From: Perna viridis
Taxonomy: Eukaryota
Assembly (NCBI GenBank): GCA_037379345.1
Contig: CM074512.1
Coordinates: 45,508,001-45,572,000, forward strand
Direction of reading: 5' to 3'
Length of the DNA: 64,000 bases
Positions within the stretch are counted from its first letter, which is position 1, and each line of letters begins with the position of its first letter. Shown one piece after another: positions 12,701 through 24,700 of this stretch. The notes under the pieces were generated by a model that had not been told where the DNA came from, searched no databases, and was given only the letters and a program-made list of their open reading frames with translations. Made by a program: the position numbers and the translations under genes.

Positions 12701-15700
12701 CCTTGAACTTAGCAAAATTCACAGAAATAAGTTTTCCAGACTTTTTTTCTAAATGTTTGCAGATATTGACATAGTTTTTAGTATTTAAATTCACCATGAT
12801 AAGTTACAGGACAAGTTTGTAGTTGGTTCTGCTAGGATGATTTTTACTAAATTTACAGGGCCTTGAACTTAGCTAAATTCACAGAAATAACCATTTTTCA
12901 GACTTTTTTTTTCTAAACGCTTGCAGATTATGACATGATTTTTGGTATATAAGTTCACCATGATAAGTTACAGGTGAAGTGTAGTGTTCCACTACAATGA
13001 TTTTTACTTTGTATTAACTAAAACTCAAAGAAATCACAGTCTGGAGTTTGAAAGTACCATTCTGAGTAACAGAATTTAGTTAGAAGTTAGTGTCTTATAT
13101 ATTACAAAAAAGTACAACAGTCCGTTAGTTTCCTATATTTTTTCCACCATGTTTCCTAGGTTATGATCATCAGATGAACTTCAATAAACATTTTAAAATT
13201 CATGAATTGCACCCAATCAATACTAAATATAAAATGGTTTTGTAGAAGTCATGTAACACCATGCTTGAAAGTTCTGTCAAAGACCTTTGGCACTTTGGAG
13301 AAAGTACATTTAGAATATCTCAGACTTAGTCTTCCAGTACAGTGCAAGGAAGAATTTCTACATAGGTTTGTATTTAGTATGAAAGACATGTGAAAACATG
13401 CTATTGAGACAATAATCAAATAATGGCACCCAGCCAAACCTTGCATATATAAAGGCTCAATCAATATTTTAATGAAAGGGCAAAGTTTATGCATTGGCAT
13501 TACCAAGAAAAGAAAGTTTCTATAAGTGCAAATGGTTACCATGAATTCAGATTTCATGACTTTAAGAGATGGCGTAATATATGATTTCTTAAACAAAAAT
13601 TTTGCCATCTTATGTGTCTGCCCGCTTAGTGCTGAGCGGAACAACAGTGTTGTCTTGTTTTCTGTAGGGATAGATCAACAGCCTATCCATCAGCTTTTGA
13701 AAGAAGGATGAATTTAGAGAATATAAGAAGACATGAAATGGACATTGAGGAGGAAACACAAACACCTGATTCATTGCCAGAGAATTACAGTGAGGCCATG
13801 AGTGAAGGCTCCATTGTGGGCAGCAAAATGACCACAGGTAAGAGGCTACAGAAACGGTTTGATGTTAGATATACTTGAAAGGCTTACATCATGTAGCAAA
13901 CTACTTGTAAATAAAGGCTAAAGTTAAAGACTGCAGATATTGTAAGGGAAGTTTTACCTGAAAAAAAATGACTCTGGATAACTTTCTTTATTATAAAATA
14001 TAATGGTTTACTACAAGTTAGATAGCTTTTGAAGTAGAAATATTACATTATTTTTTTCATTAATCTTAGAAATTAGAGAACAGTCCATGCTTGACTAGTT
14101 TGAACACTGGAATTTACATAAAATTTTGAGTAATATAATATTTCATTATTTACAATTTATCTCTTAGATTTTGACAAAGTAGTTTATTTTAATCAGTTGT
14201 GTTTTTAGTCCTCTAGTTTTGTTTTGAGTAGTTAGTATACCATGTTTGCCTGCTAATAAGCTGTAAAAGCCATTGTCATGTATTCATATTGAGTTTTCTT
14301 TTGTTAATTGAAATGATTAAAAAGGAATTGGAAAAGAAACACTTAAAGCTGGATACAAGAAAATATTGATCCTGAAATTGTGGAACAAATTTAGTAATAA
14401 AGCACTAGTTTTTGTTCACATACATTGTAAAGTAAAATCACATTGGATTGTGACCACTCACTAATCACCTAGGTTATCAGTATATTCAAAATGATAATAG
14501 GGAAAGGAACTTATATGATGAAATGCAACAAATGCACCAATGTATTACCTAAATACACAATAGTCAATACTTTCAGAGATCCTCGAGAGGTGTTAAAAAG
14601 GTATAAACACACCTTTAAGAAAGCTCTGAAAGGCCCCAACAATCCACAGTAAAGGAACAATATCATTTCTTCAAAGTAAACTGTAAAAGGCAACCTTTCA
14701 ATTTGTGTGTGTGGTTATCATTTATTTATTGGTGTGTATCAAATTTTGTCCGTTGGTCTATATGATTATGGGCAGTACACATAAGTTCTTTTTAGATTTG
14801 CTTACTGATGGTTCTTGTCTAACCCAATGATTATTGAAAGCCCAATTAAATTGAACATTTTAGAACAATACAATGTAATGAATTGGAAAAAAATGCAAAA
14901 AATTGTTTGGTACTTGATGGTTTAGTAATTGCTGTTTTATTTTAATTGACCATGCGAGCAAGCACACCACTTAGGCATAGTATACATTGACCAGTAGAAA
15001 TTTAGAAAGTTATTTGCACTTAGATTGTAATTTTCAAAATTTTACAAGCACTTATCACAGAATTTTGTCTCAACATTTATGGTTCTGTCTTGTACAATTT
15101 AGAAGACACTGGTCGTGATTTTTATATTGTTACCACAAACTATGGTAAGCACTATGTTTGTCTTGTCAGCTTTACTGATCTTTCATCTCAATTCATGCTC
15201 GTGGGTTCACCACAGATGAAGTAGTCTGCCACTAAAAAGCTTGCTTTTTCAAATTTTGGGTTTTCTCAATTCTATGCATTCTGCAAGTCATTGTTTTCTA
15301 AATTATACTTTGTGTTGAATTATGAAATAAGGATCTTGATCATCAATTTTATCATTTATGCACACGACTGAATTGTGTTTTTTTCTTTAAATTTGAACAC
15401 ACATCAACACTATCATTATATTTTAAGAGGTCAATATTTTGATTTTTTGTTTGATTTATTGTAAATTTTAACTGAAGTTTATTGAATCGTCAAATAATTA
15501 ATATTCATGTATTGATGAAATATTCTAAAACATTTCCTTTAAACTAAGATGTAATGAACCCACTTACAGATATTGACTAATCATCATTTCTTGTTATACT
15601 TGTTAATTGTGTATGTGTCACTCATATACATGTGTTTAGAAATAAATATACCAGTACAATTCCTTATATTTAGGAATCATATGCAAATTAATATATATAT

Positions 15701-18700
15701 GTCAATAAAGGAATTGCATGTTAATTAGTTACTAATATTCTTAACTAAGTCATTGAAACACTGGAACTTTCTTTACCATATTTTCTTAGGCCAGTGGAAA
15801 ATTATTTCTTGTTTTTCAACTTGGAATAAAATCTCTTTTCAAATCCTTATTTTCCATTATGTTGTCATATTGATCTATACAAGCATCTGTATGTAAACGA
15901 TGTGAAAGTCACCTTCATATCACCTGACATGGAAAAAAGTATTAAAAAAAGCCTTAGTTCTGCATATGTCCCTCCTTAATGTGTTTTATGCAAAACGACC
16001 TGAGATTCAATAAATTAATTTTTAAATCTAGTTTCAATCATTCAATATCCATAAAAAAAATTGAAATTTAAAAAATGACCAAAAATGATTGAAAAAAGAA
16101 CATTTATATTGTTCATGAAAGTACTTTTTTATACAATGAATCTTTCACATCAATTTACACAGAAAGTTCCAATGTAGCATGTTATTAGCATGTATATCTT
16201 TAAACAGAATCTGGTAGGAAAATGACAGAAAGCAGTAGTCCATCAAGTAGTGGTGGTCCGCAGACTTCTACTAGTCAAACTGATACACCAAGTCGACAAC
16301 CTAATGGTGATCTACAGTCACCTGCAACAAGTCGTAAGTCTCATCCCCTGCAAACATTCTAGTTACCTCCCTTCACAATCAAAGGAAAATAATTTATTTT
16401 TCAATGGAACCTTTTTATGTTACTGTTTCCAGCTTACCCCTTGCCTCAGATATAGGTGGAAACTTTTTTCCCTGCAGCTTGTAACATTTCAATATGGTTA
16501 ATGCCTTATTGACATGCAGGCGTTTATAAAGTTTTGTGACTACCTGACTTTGTATTCCTAGATGGGGTGCTTTGTTTAAGAAGAAATCATAAACTTTTAT
16601 TTTGTCTTTCTGAGTTTTCCTGGCAGTAAACCTTTAATAATTTTACCTATTAACATTTTCTTGTTATTTAACACATTAATATTATCCTAATACTTTTATA
16701 ACTAACACGAGTGCTTGTCTTATAATGCATGGTAGTCAACTATACTTAAATTATATGAACAATTACGAAAATTTCTACAGAACACAAAACTTAAATTTCT
16801 ACAATTTATATACTCGACCAAAAAAGTTTGGTTGCATATTGTTTTTGGTCTGTGTGCCCATTTAGGTAAATGTTGGAGTATTAATTTTTACTATTGATAT
16901 TAATATCACAGTATTTCATGATGTTAGTTTAAAAATACACAAGACTTACATTATGTGTATCTACAACTTGTACTGTATGGCCGATTATTTGGTGTCAAAA
17001 TTGACAGTTTTGGTGTAAAGAGTATAGTATGGAAAAATTTTTTCACAGATTCTAATTTTGATGAAAGCTCTGCTGTTCTTTATTACTTACAAAGTTTTTT
17101 TTGCGGAATTTAATTTGCGGTTTTTAAATAGACTGCTAAAATATTCCAAAATTAGTACCCCGCTAAAATTATCTGCTATATACTATCCTACTGAGACAGT
17201 TGCATACACCTACTATAAACAAACTTATTTTGGCGGAATTCTTTACTAATACCTAGAGACTTAATTGCAGTAATTTAAGTTCATGATTTCTTGAGATAAT
17301 TGACAGCATATCACTATGAGTGGTGTGCTGTCTAGTAGTAATGGGGTCTATGTAACTGTCTAGTGGTAATGGGGTGTATGTAACAGTCTAGTAGTAATGG
17401 GGTCTATGTAACAGTCTAGTGGTAATGGGGTCTATGTAACTGTCTAGTAGTAATGGGATGTATGTAACAGTCTAGTGGTAATGGGGTCTATGTAACAGTC
17501 TAGTGGTAATGGGGTCTATGTAACAGTCTAGTGGTAATGGGGTCTATGTAACTGTCTAGTAGTAATGGGGTGTATGTAACAGTCTAGTGGTAATGGGGTC
17601 TATGTAACTGTCTAGTAGTAATGGGGTGTATGTAACAGTCTAGTAGTAATGGGGTCTATTTAACTGTCTAGTAGTAATGGGGTGTATGTAACAGTCTAGT
17701 AGTAATGGGGTCTATGTAACTGTCTAGTGGTAATGGGGTGTATGTAACAGTCTAGTAGTAATGGGGTCTATGTAACAGTCTAGTGGTAATGGGGTCTATG
17801 TAACAGTCTAGTAGTAATGGGGTATATGTAACAGTCTAGTGGTAATGGGGTCTATGTAACAGTCTAGTAGTAATGGGGTGTATGTAACTGTCTAGTGGTA
17901 ATGGGGTGTATGTAACAGTCTAGTAGTAATGGGGTCTATGTAACAGTCTAGTGGTAATGGGGTCTATGTAACTGTCTAGTGGTAATGGGGTGTATGTAAC
18001 AGTCTAGTGGTAATGGGGTCTATGTAACTGTCTAGTGGTAATGGGGTGTATGTAACAGTCTAGTGGTAATGGGGTTTATGTAACTGTCTAGTGGTAATGG
18101 GGTCTATGTAACAGTCTAGTGGTAATGGGGTCTATGTAACTGTCTAGTGGTAATGGGGTGTATGTAATAGTCTAGTGGTAATGGGGTGTATGTAACAGTC
18201 TAGTGGTAATGGGGTGTATGTAACAGTCTAGTAGTAATGGGGTGTATGTAACTGTCTATTTCTATTACACAGTTTTTTTATACTTAAATGTATGTAATGA
18301 ATTCATCTAAAATTTAGGACTCATGAAAATACAAAACCTTAAGTTATGCCATATTACAGCAGATATTTTTTATAAGAAATAGTACTTAATGTCATGTTAA
18401 TGTCAAAGAGTAATCAAGGGAACCAAGGTTCAAAAGAATGTAATCCAGGGACTAAGACCAGACATGGAAAAGTCATGCTCCTTACATTGGGGAAGATTTT
18501 GACAAAATAAAAGTTAAATTTGAGATAAAAATATGTATGTATAACAAGTTATTATTTGAATTTGGAATTATTTTAGAATTAAGAAAATGAATGAAAAATA
18601 ATTTGTAAAACCAACCCTTACTAAGGGGGTTAGTCATGCCAGTATAGCTATGGGATAAGGATAGTTGAATAACAGAAGTTAAGGAAAACTTACTAACACC

Positions 18701-21700
18701 CTTAGCCGTGATGGCAAAACTAATCCCCTTAGTCATGATGGCAAAACTAACCCCCTTAGCCATGATGGCAAAACTAACCCCCTTAGCCATGATGGCAAAA
18801 CTAACCCCCTTAGTCATGATGGCATAACTAATCCCATTAAGTTAGTTTTTCAAATAATTTTATTACTCGTTTTCTTAATTCCAAAATAAATCCAAGTTCA
18901 AATAATACTTTATTGTATATATTTATGGTTTTGTCTGAAACTGTAGAGGGAACATTAGTGCTATGGTTATATTAGTTTTGTTGTGAGTTCTGATGTCAAA
19001 AAGTACTGAATCACCATGTTGTAAAATCTTTGAATCTAAAGCAAATTGAAGTTTGTTTGTTTGTTTTTCTTTTTGGTCCTCTAGCCATTTTTCTTCATGA
19101 AAATTAATGAAGGAAAGAATATCATTTTACCTTTTATTTGCCACAAAAAAGTGATAAATTTTTTTTTTTAATTTAATTTTGTGATTTGGTCATAAAAATG
19201 TGTTATTGAAGGCATCAACGGAAGAGACAAGGGAAGGCCTGAGAACCAGTTAATTATTTTAGTTGGCCTTATTGGATTGGTAATTGTTAAAATTTCATTG
19301 TTACTGTTAGTATGATATTGATGTATAATGTCTACAGATGATGATGAAGAAGATGGATACACCACAGATGGAATGATGAATGGCAGAGATAAATGTAAGT
19401 TTTTCTCATTTTTTGAAAAGTTTGCCATACTTTCCAATGCAGAAAACCCTTGCTAAATATCAAATGCCAAATTTTAATCACAGCAATATCAGTTCAGAAA
19501 TTGTACATAGTTTGGGTTTGCTGAAGCAATGAGAGTGGTAATATATCTATCTAAGCTTTGTTTCTTGGAATTTAGAAATTTAATGATTTTATTTTAGTGT
19601 AAAAAAGATTTATTTATGTACTAGATTACCAAAATAATTCATTCAAAATAATTCCTTTCAGCATTAGAAAGGAGCTACCGAGAAGGGTCAATGACAGCTG
19701 ATGATAGACGTAAAAAATTCTTACGCCCACATGGTCAAGGTCACTCCTTGGATGACAGTTCACAAGATGATCGGCCAGTCGGAGGAATGAAAGCTGCTGC
19801 AAGTGAATCACAGTTGTCTGCAGATAAACAGAGTTCCTCCCGTCTTTCTTTACTAGGAGACAAACTTATGGACACTGCAAAGGCTATCCAGGAAAAGGGC
19901 ACTAAAAGGAGCAAAAACACATTTACTAATATTTTCAAAAAGAAAGGCAGAGACCTTTCTCCAGTAGAATCTAAAAGGACAAGAAGTGTAGAATATGGCA
20001 GCCTTGATAGAAAACAGGGCTCATCATTTAGACGTCATAAAGATAAACATCGTGAATATGAAACAAGTAAGACCCATACACTGCCAACCTCAAGTACTAT
20101 GGACTCAGTAGAAAGTGATGGAGCACAACCTTCACAGGGGCCTGTCATCAACATTGAGGCTCCTAGAGGAATGATTCCATATGAGTTTCAGGATGCCATG
20201 GGTAGAGGCAAAAATGTCAGATCAGACTTTGGTGGTAGTGAAGGATCAGAGCACTCTGATAGTGACTTCGCTGAACTGGCTGCCATGGCTGATATGATTG
20301 ATGAGTATCAGTATTCAATAAGGATATTCCCAGGACAGGACCCTGCCCAAGTATTTGTTGGATGGGTTACACCAGGGTTCCATTTTAATGAGAAACAGTT
20401 TGAAACCAAGAAAATCAGACATGTAGTGGTTACAGTTCTGGATGATGACTACAACTTGAAACAAAGGTAGGTTATCTCTGGACAGTAGCAACTGCTATAA
20501 AAACAATTAAGTAATGATTTTAAATAGAAATACATTTACGATGGTATATCACCAATTGAAGGCTTAATCTGTGCAACATCTTGTAGAAGAATGTTATGTT
20601 GCTAAAAAAGAATAACTTATCTGATAGTGAGTAAAGGTTTAGAGCTTACTTTACACCCTGTATTATTAGTCATTGAAACTTTTTGTTTTATTCAAGTCAA
20701 TTAATTTGACCTAAATCTGACATCAATAATATTTTTTCAGTCTTAGCAGGAAAAACTGCTACATGGTATCTGCAGGTGACCTGCTTCAACGCTATGGCAG
20801 TTCTTTACAGGAAGTGACATCAAAGAGGTCAACTCCAGGCCTTGTGATTGGTTGTTGTATTGACATTTCCACAGGCATGCTCAGCTTCAGTGTAAATGGA
20901 AAAGAGGTTGCTAACAAGTTTTCTGTAGAACCCAACACAAAGTTGTTTCCAGCAGTCATCTGTGAACCAACAGTCAAAGAAATGTTTCAGTTTGAACTGG
21001 GCTATACCAGGGTAATTAGGTTTTACTATGGAAGGAACAAATTTATTGCATATACATGTACATGGAAACCTGTCTAAACCAAACCCCATTTAGTCTATAA
21101 AATGGTTTGGTTTAGACAACTGTTCAGTTTGCCAGGGTTCATTATATAGGGTATGTAAGTCTCGTCACGTGACTCCGTGGTTTCGTAAGAATGGGTCCTA
21201 GTCTACCATACATATGTATTGAGATTTGTCATTAACATAGCATTGAGTTCAATATTAAAAGCGAAGTATCATTTTTGGGTAAAAATACTGATTAAAGATG
21301 ACAATTATCAAGTTCTAAGAGATAAAATGTTTAGAATAGCATAAAATAGAAGATTTTGCATTGTGAAGTAGTGTTTGAATTTCCCTGAAGTACACACTAA
21401 AATGCATATCGGTCTTCGGATTTCAATACGTTCTACACCAGAAATTCCGTAAGGGAAACTGAAACTAGAATGAGACTTACAAACCCTAGAATGGGACTTT
21501 AAAAATGTTTTGTTGATACAGATTTCCAGATTATTCAGGGTTGGTTTAGACAGGTATCATTTTATTACAGGAACCTATGATTGTATTTTGTAGACTTACA
21601 CTGTGAAAATAAAAGTGATGTATTTATGAAAAAATGATGTTCATTACTAGAAAGAATGGGCCTGGTGTTGCCAATTATAACACAAATAAATTGAAATATC

Positions 21701-24700
21701 AATTTATGTAACATATGTGTGGTTCATTTGGTATTTGAAGAAACATCATATAATCTAAAGTACTTAAATGAAAATGGATTTCTTGAAATAAAAACGTTAT
21801 AATAAGAGGGTGTTTTTATTTAATCATCCATACCAATATAATATTGTTATCTGTTACTATTTCAGTATGCCTTGCCACTATCAGCTGCAGTATTCAGAGG
21901 ACCAAAACAAGCAGTGCCTGCTTGTCCTCCCAGACTTGATGTCCAGACACTCACTGATGGATGTTGGTCTCGTGTTCCTGATCAGATGTTGAGTATTCAC
22001 TCACTAAAACTATCTGGAGTGAGGGGTTGGAGTATGCTGTGTGACCATCCAGGTATGCTAAGATTTTCACTCAACTTTCTATGTTAAGAATTTAACATCT
22101 TAGGAAATTCTTGAATTGCATGTACCGAATAAAAAAACACCAGCATTTTCTATTCCATAAAGCCTGAAAATTAAACATAATTTTTTTAAAATTTTTTATT
22201 TTTGAACTTTGGTATGGTCTGTTCATCTTTTTCATTTAGAATTATATGAAGGTTTACTTATTTCACCCTAAATCTTATTCTTAGTAGAGTGCTAGTTGTT
22301 TTTAACTTCTAATAATTAAAGTTTAATTGTTCTATTTTGTTTTAATATAGTGGGTATGATGGCTGTGTACATCCCAGAGGAGGATAGAAGTATGGACATC
22401 CTAGAACTCATTGAAAATCCACATCTTCTTGAGTAAGTGTATACTGTAAACGTACTAATTTTCGCAGTGTGCTAATTTTTGCTATTTTTGTGGTGGACAA
22501 AAAACTGCGAAAAAATAATACATGCAAAATTTGTTTTTAACATTATTTAATGCTAATCATATTTTTGAAATTGTGAAAATTGATATTTGCAAATATGTTC
22601 ACTTGACAGAATTCATGAAAATTAGCTACCATGAAAATTACTTTCTAAGAGTTTTTTTTTAATAGCTGGGCACATTCAATTGATTCCAGAGTTACATTAA
22701 ATATATGTCAATGAACACTTAAAACAGTTGCAAGCCATCAATCTCAATGTGTGATATAAGGACTTTTGAAAGAGAATAATACTGCTGCGAAGGTTTAATA
22801 CACATGGAAAAAATAACTATATTGTTTATGAAAGAATTAAGTTAAGTAAACATACAAAGAAGATTTGAAGATTAACTCCTGATTTTTTATTTCAGTTTCC
22901 ATGCCAAGACACTAGAACTGTATCAGGCAGTATGTTCCCATGGTAACCACCGAGTATCCAATGCCTTGACACGCCATGTTGATGAAAGATTACTCATGTA
23001 TTGTGTTCTTAGTGAGAGTAGGTGGATTCTTTATAGCTAAACAACTGTATATCTAAAATTCAATATGATCATTATACCCCAAGCAACAAAGTCGCGAAGG
23101 GTATGATTTTGACCTGTCCATCATCAGTTTTGCGGACTTTTTTCTAAACACTTGCAGATATTGACATGATTTTAGTGCAGAAATTCAACATGATAAGTTA
23201 CACAACAAGTTTGTAGTTGGTTCCGCTCCGATGATTTTTACCCAAATTATGGGCCTTGAACTTAGCTAAATTCACAGAAATAACTGTTTTTCGGACTTTT
23301 TTTTTCTAAACTCTTGCAGATTATGACATGATTTTTGGTATTTAAGTTCACCATGATAAGTTACAGGTCAAGTGTACGTTTTGTTCCGCTATGATGATAT
23401 TTACTTTGGATTAACTAAAACTCAAAGAAATCACAGTCTGGAGTTTGAAACTACCATTCTGAGTAACAGAATTTAGTTAGAAGATAAATGTCTAAAGCCT
23501 AAAAATCACTCTTATTCCTTTTTTGTTGAGGTCCTTCTACATGTATTTTTAAAAATTAACAGTAGCCCAGTAGCCAGTGGCTACTACATATTGAGCTGGG
23601 CTACCAATCTTTTGAGTAAAATTTAGTTGAACTTATTGAAAATTTTAAACAAAAATATTAAACAAAAATATGATCTGGGCTACCAACTTGTATTTCGTAA
23701 TTTTTAGCCCTGTCTGTGCACCTTTAGTCAAATTTAGATACATGTACGCTATGTTCAATTAACCATTGGTTAGTAATACAAACTAGAGAAATGCCTGAAA
23801 CATGGAATAAAGATAAAGGTAGGAAATTAAAGGAGATAATTGGTATGGTCCTTTTATTATCAAATTATATGTAGATTTTAACTTCTTTTGCATTGTCAAT
23901 AACTTGTGTGATAACTAATCCTATTTTACAGATATGTCTGGTCCACTGAGGACTGGATACCACAACTTGCTGATTACCATGCACCTGGAATCTCATGCTA
24001 GAGCAAGGTAAATTCGTTATGATACCCATAGGTAGGGGTTGAGGTGTTGATAAATCTCCCCCGTGATAAGCAAAACATGTAACAAAATGTTAAATATGAC
24101 CTTAAAATTGGTTAAACTCTTTCAAAGTCTGAAAATATGTGTCCAAATTAACTCTCTTTGGAACCTCTGAAAAATTTGATGTTTGGTTTACACAGGTTCA
24201 AAATGTACTAAGATTGACATAAATAGACCAGAAAATGTCTGATTTGGAATGAATTTCAGTTATACAGGGTTTGGTTAAGTCAGGTTTCATTATAAATATT
24301 GATACCAGAAAAAATCAGTTTGGGAGGAAGTCTAAGATTTGTTAAAAGAAACAAAGACTTTGTCAAATGCATAATAAAACTAGTTAGAATAATGCATATA
24401 ACATACATATACATTATAGAGTACTTTACTGTTATCTAATGTTTTAATTTTTTTTTTTAGACTTCTGACCCAGAATGAATTTATCATACCACTTACCAAA
24501 TCTATGCGTGACTTGAGACTCTATAGAAACTCAACTGTTGGAGATGAGACTAAAATCAGAGACACCATACCCAACATGGATGACAGTGTTTCTATTCGCC
24601 CACAACTTGCCATTTCTGAAAAAGAAATTGATACCAGGTATGGAATTGTCATACATTGTACAACATTTATTGCATTAACCCCATGGTTATAAGGACAATT

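Noticed and set aside
14325-14393. 69-nt open phase 1-1 stretch in the DR2 intron
   Set aside because: Acceptor (attaaaaag) lacks a pyrimidine tract; probably chance.
17329-18258. Regular 28-bp array resembling a CRISPR array
   Set aside because: Units are head-to-tail with no unique spacers, there are no cas genes, and it lies in a eukaryotic intron; it is a minisatellite.
18482-18817. 111-aa minus-strand ORF with MAKGVSFAI repeats
   Set aside because: Artefact of the 27-bp tandem repeat in the foldback element.
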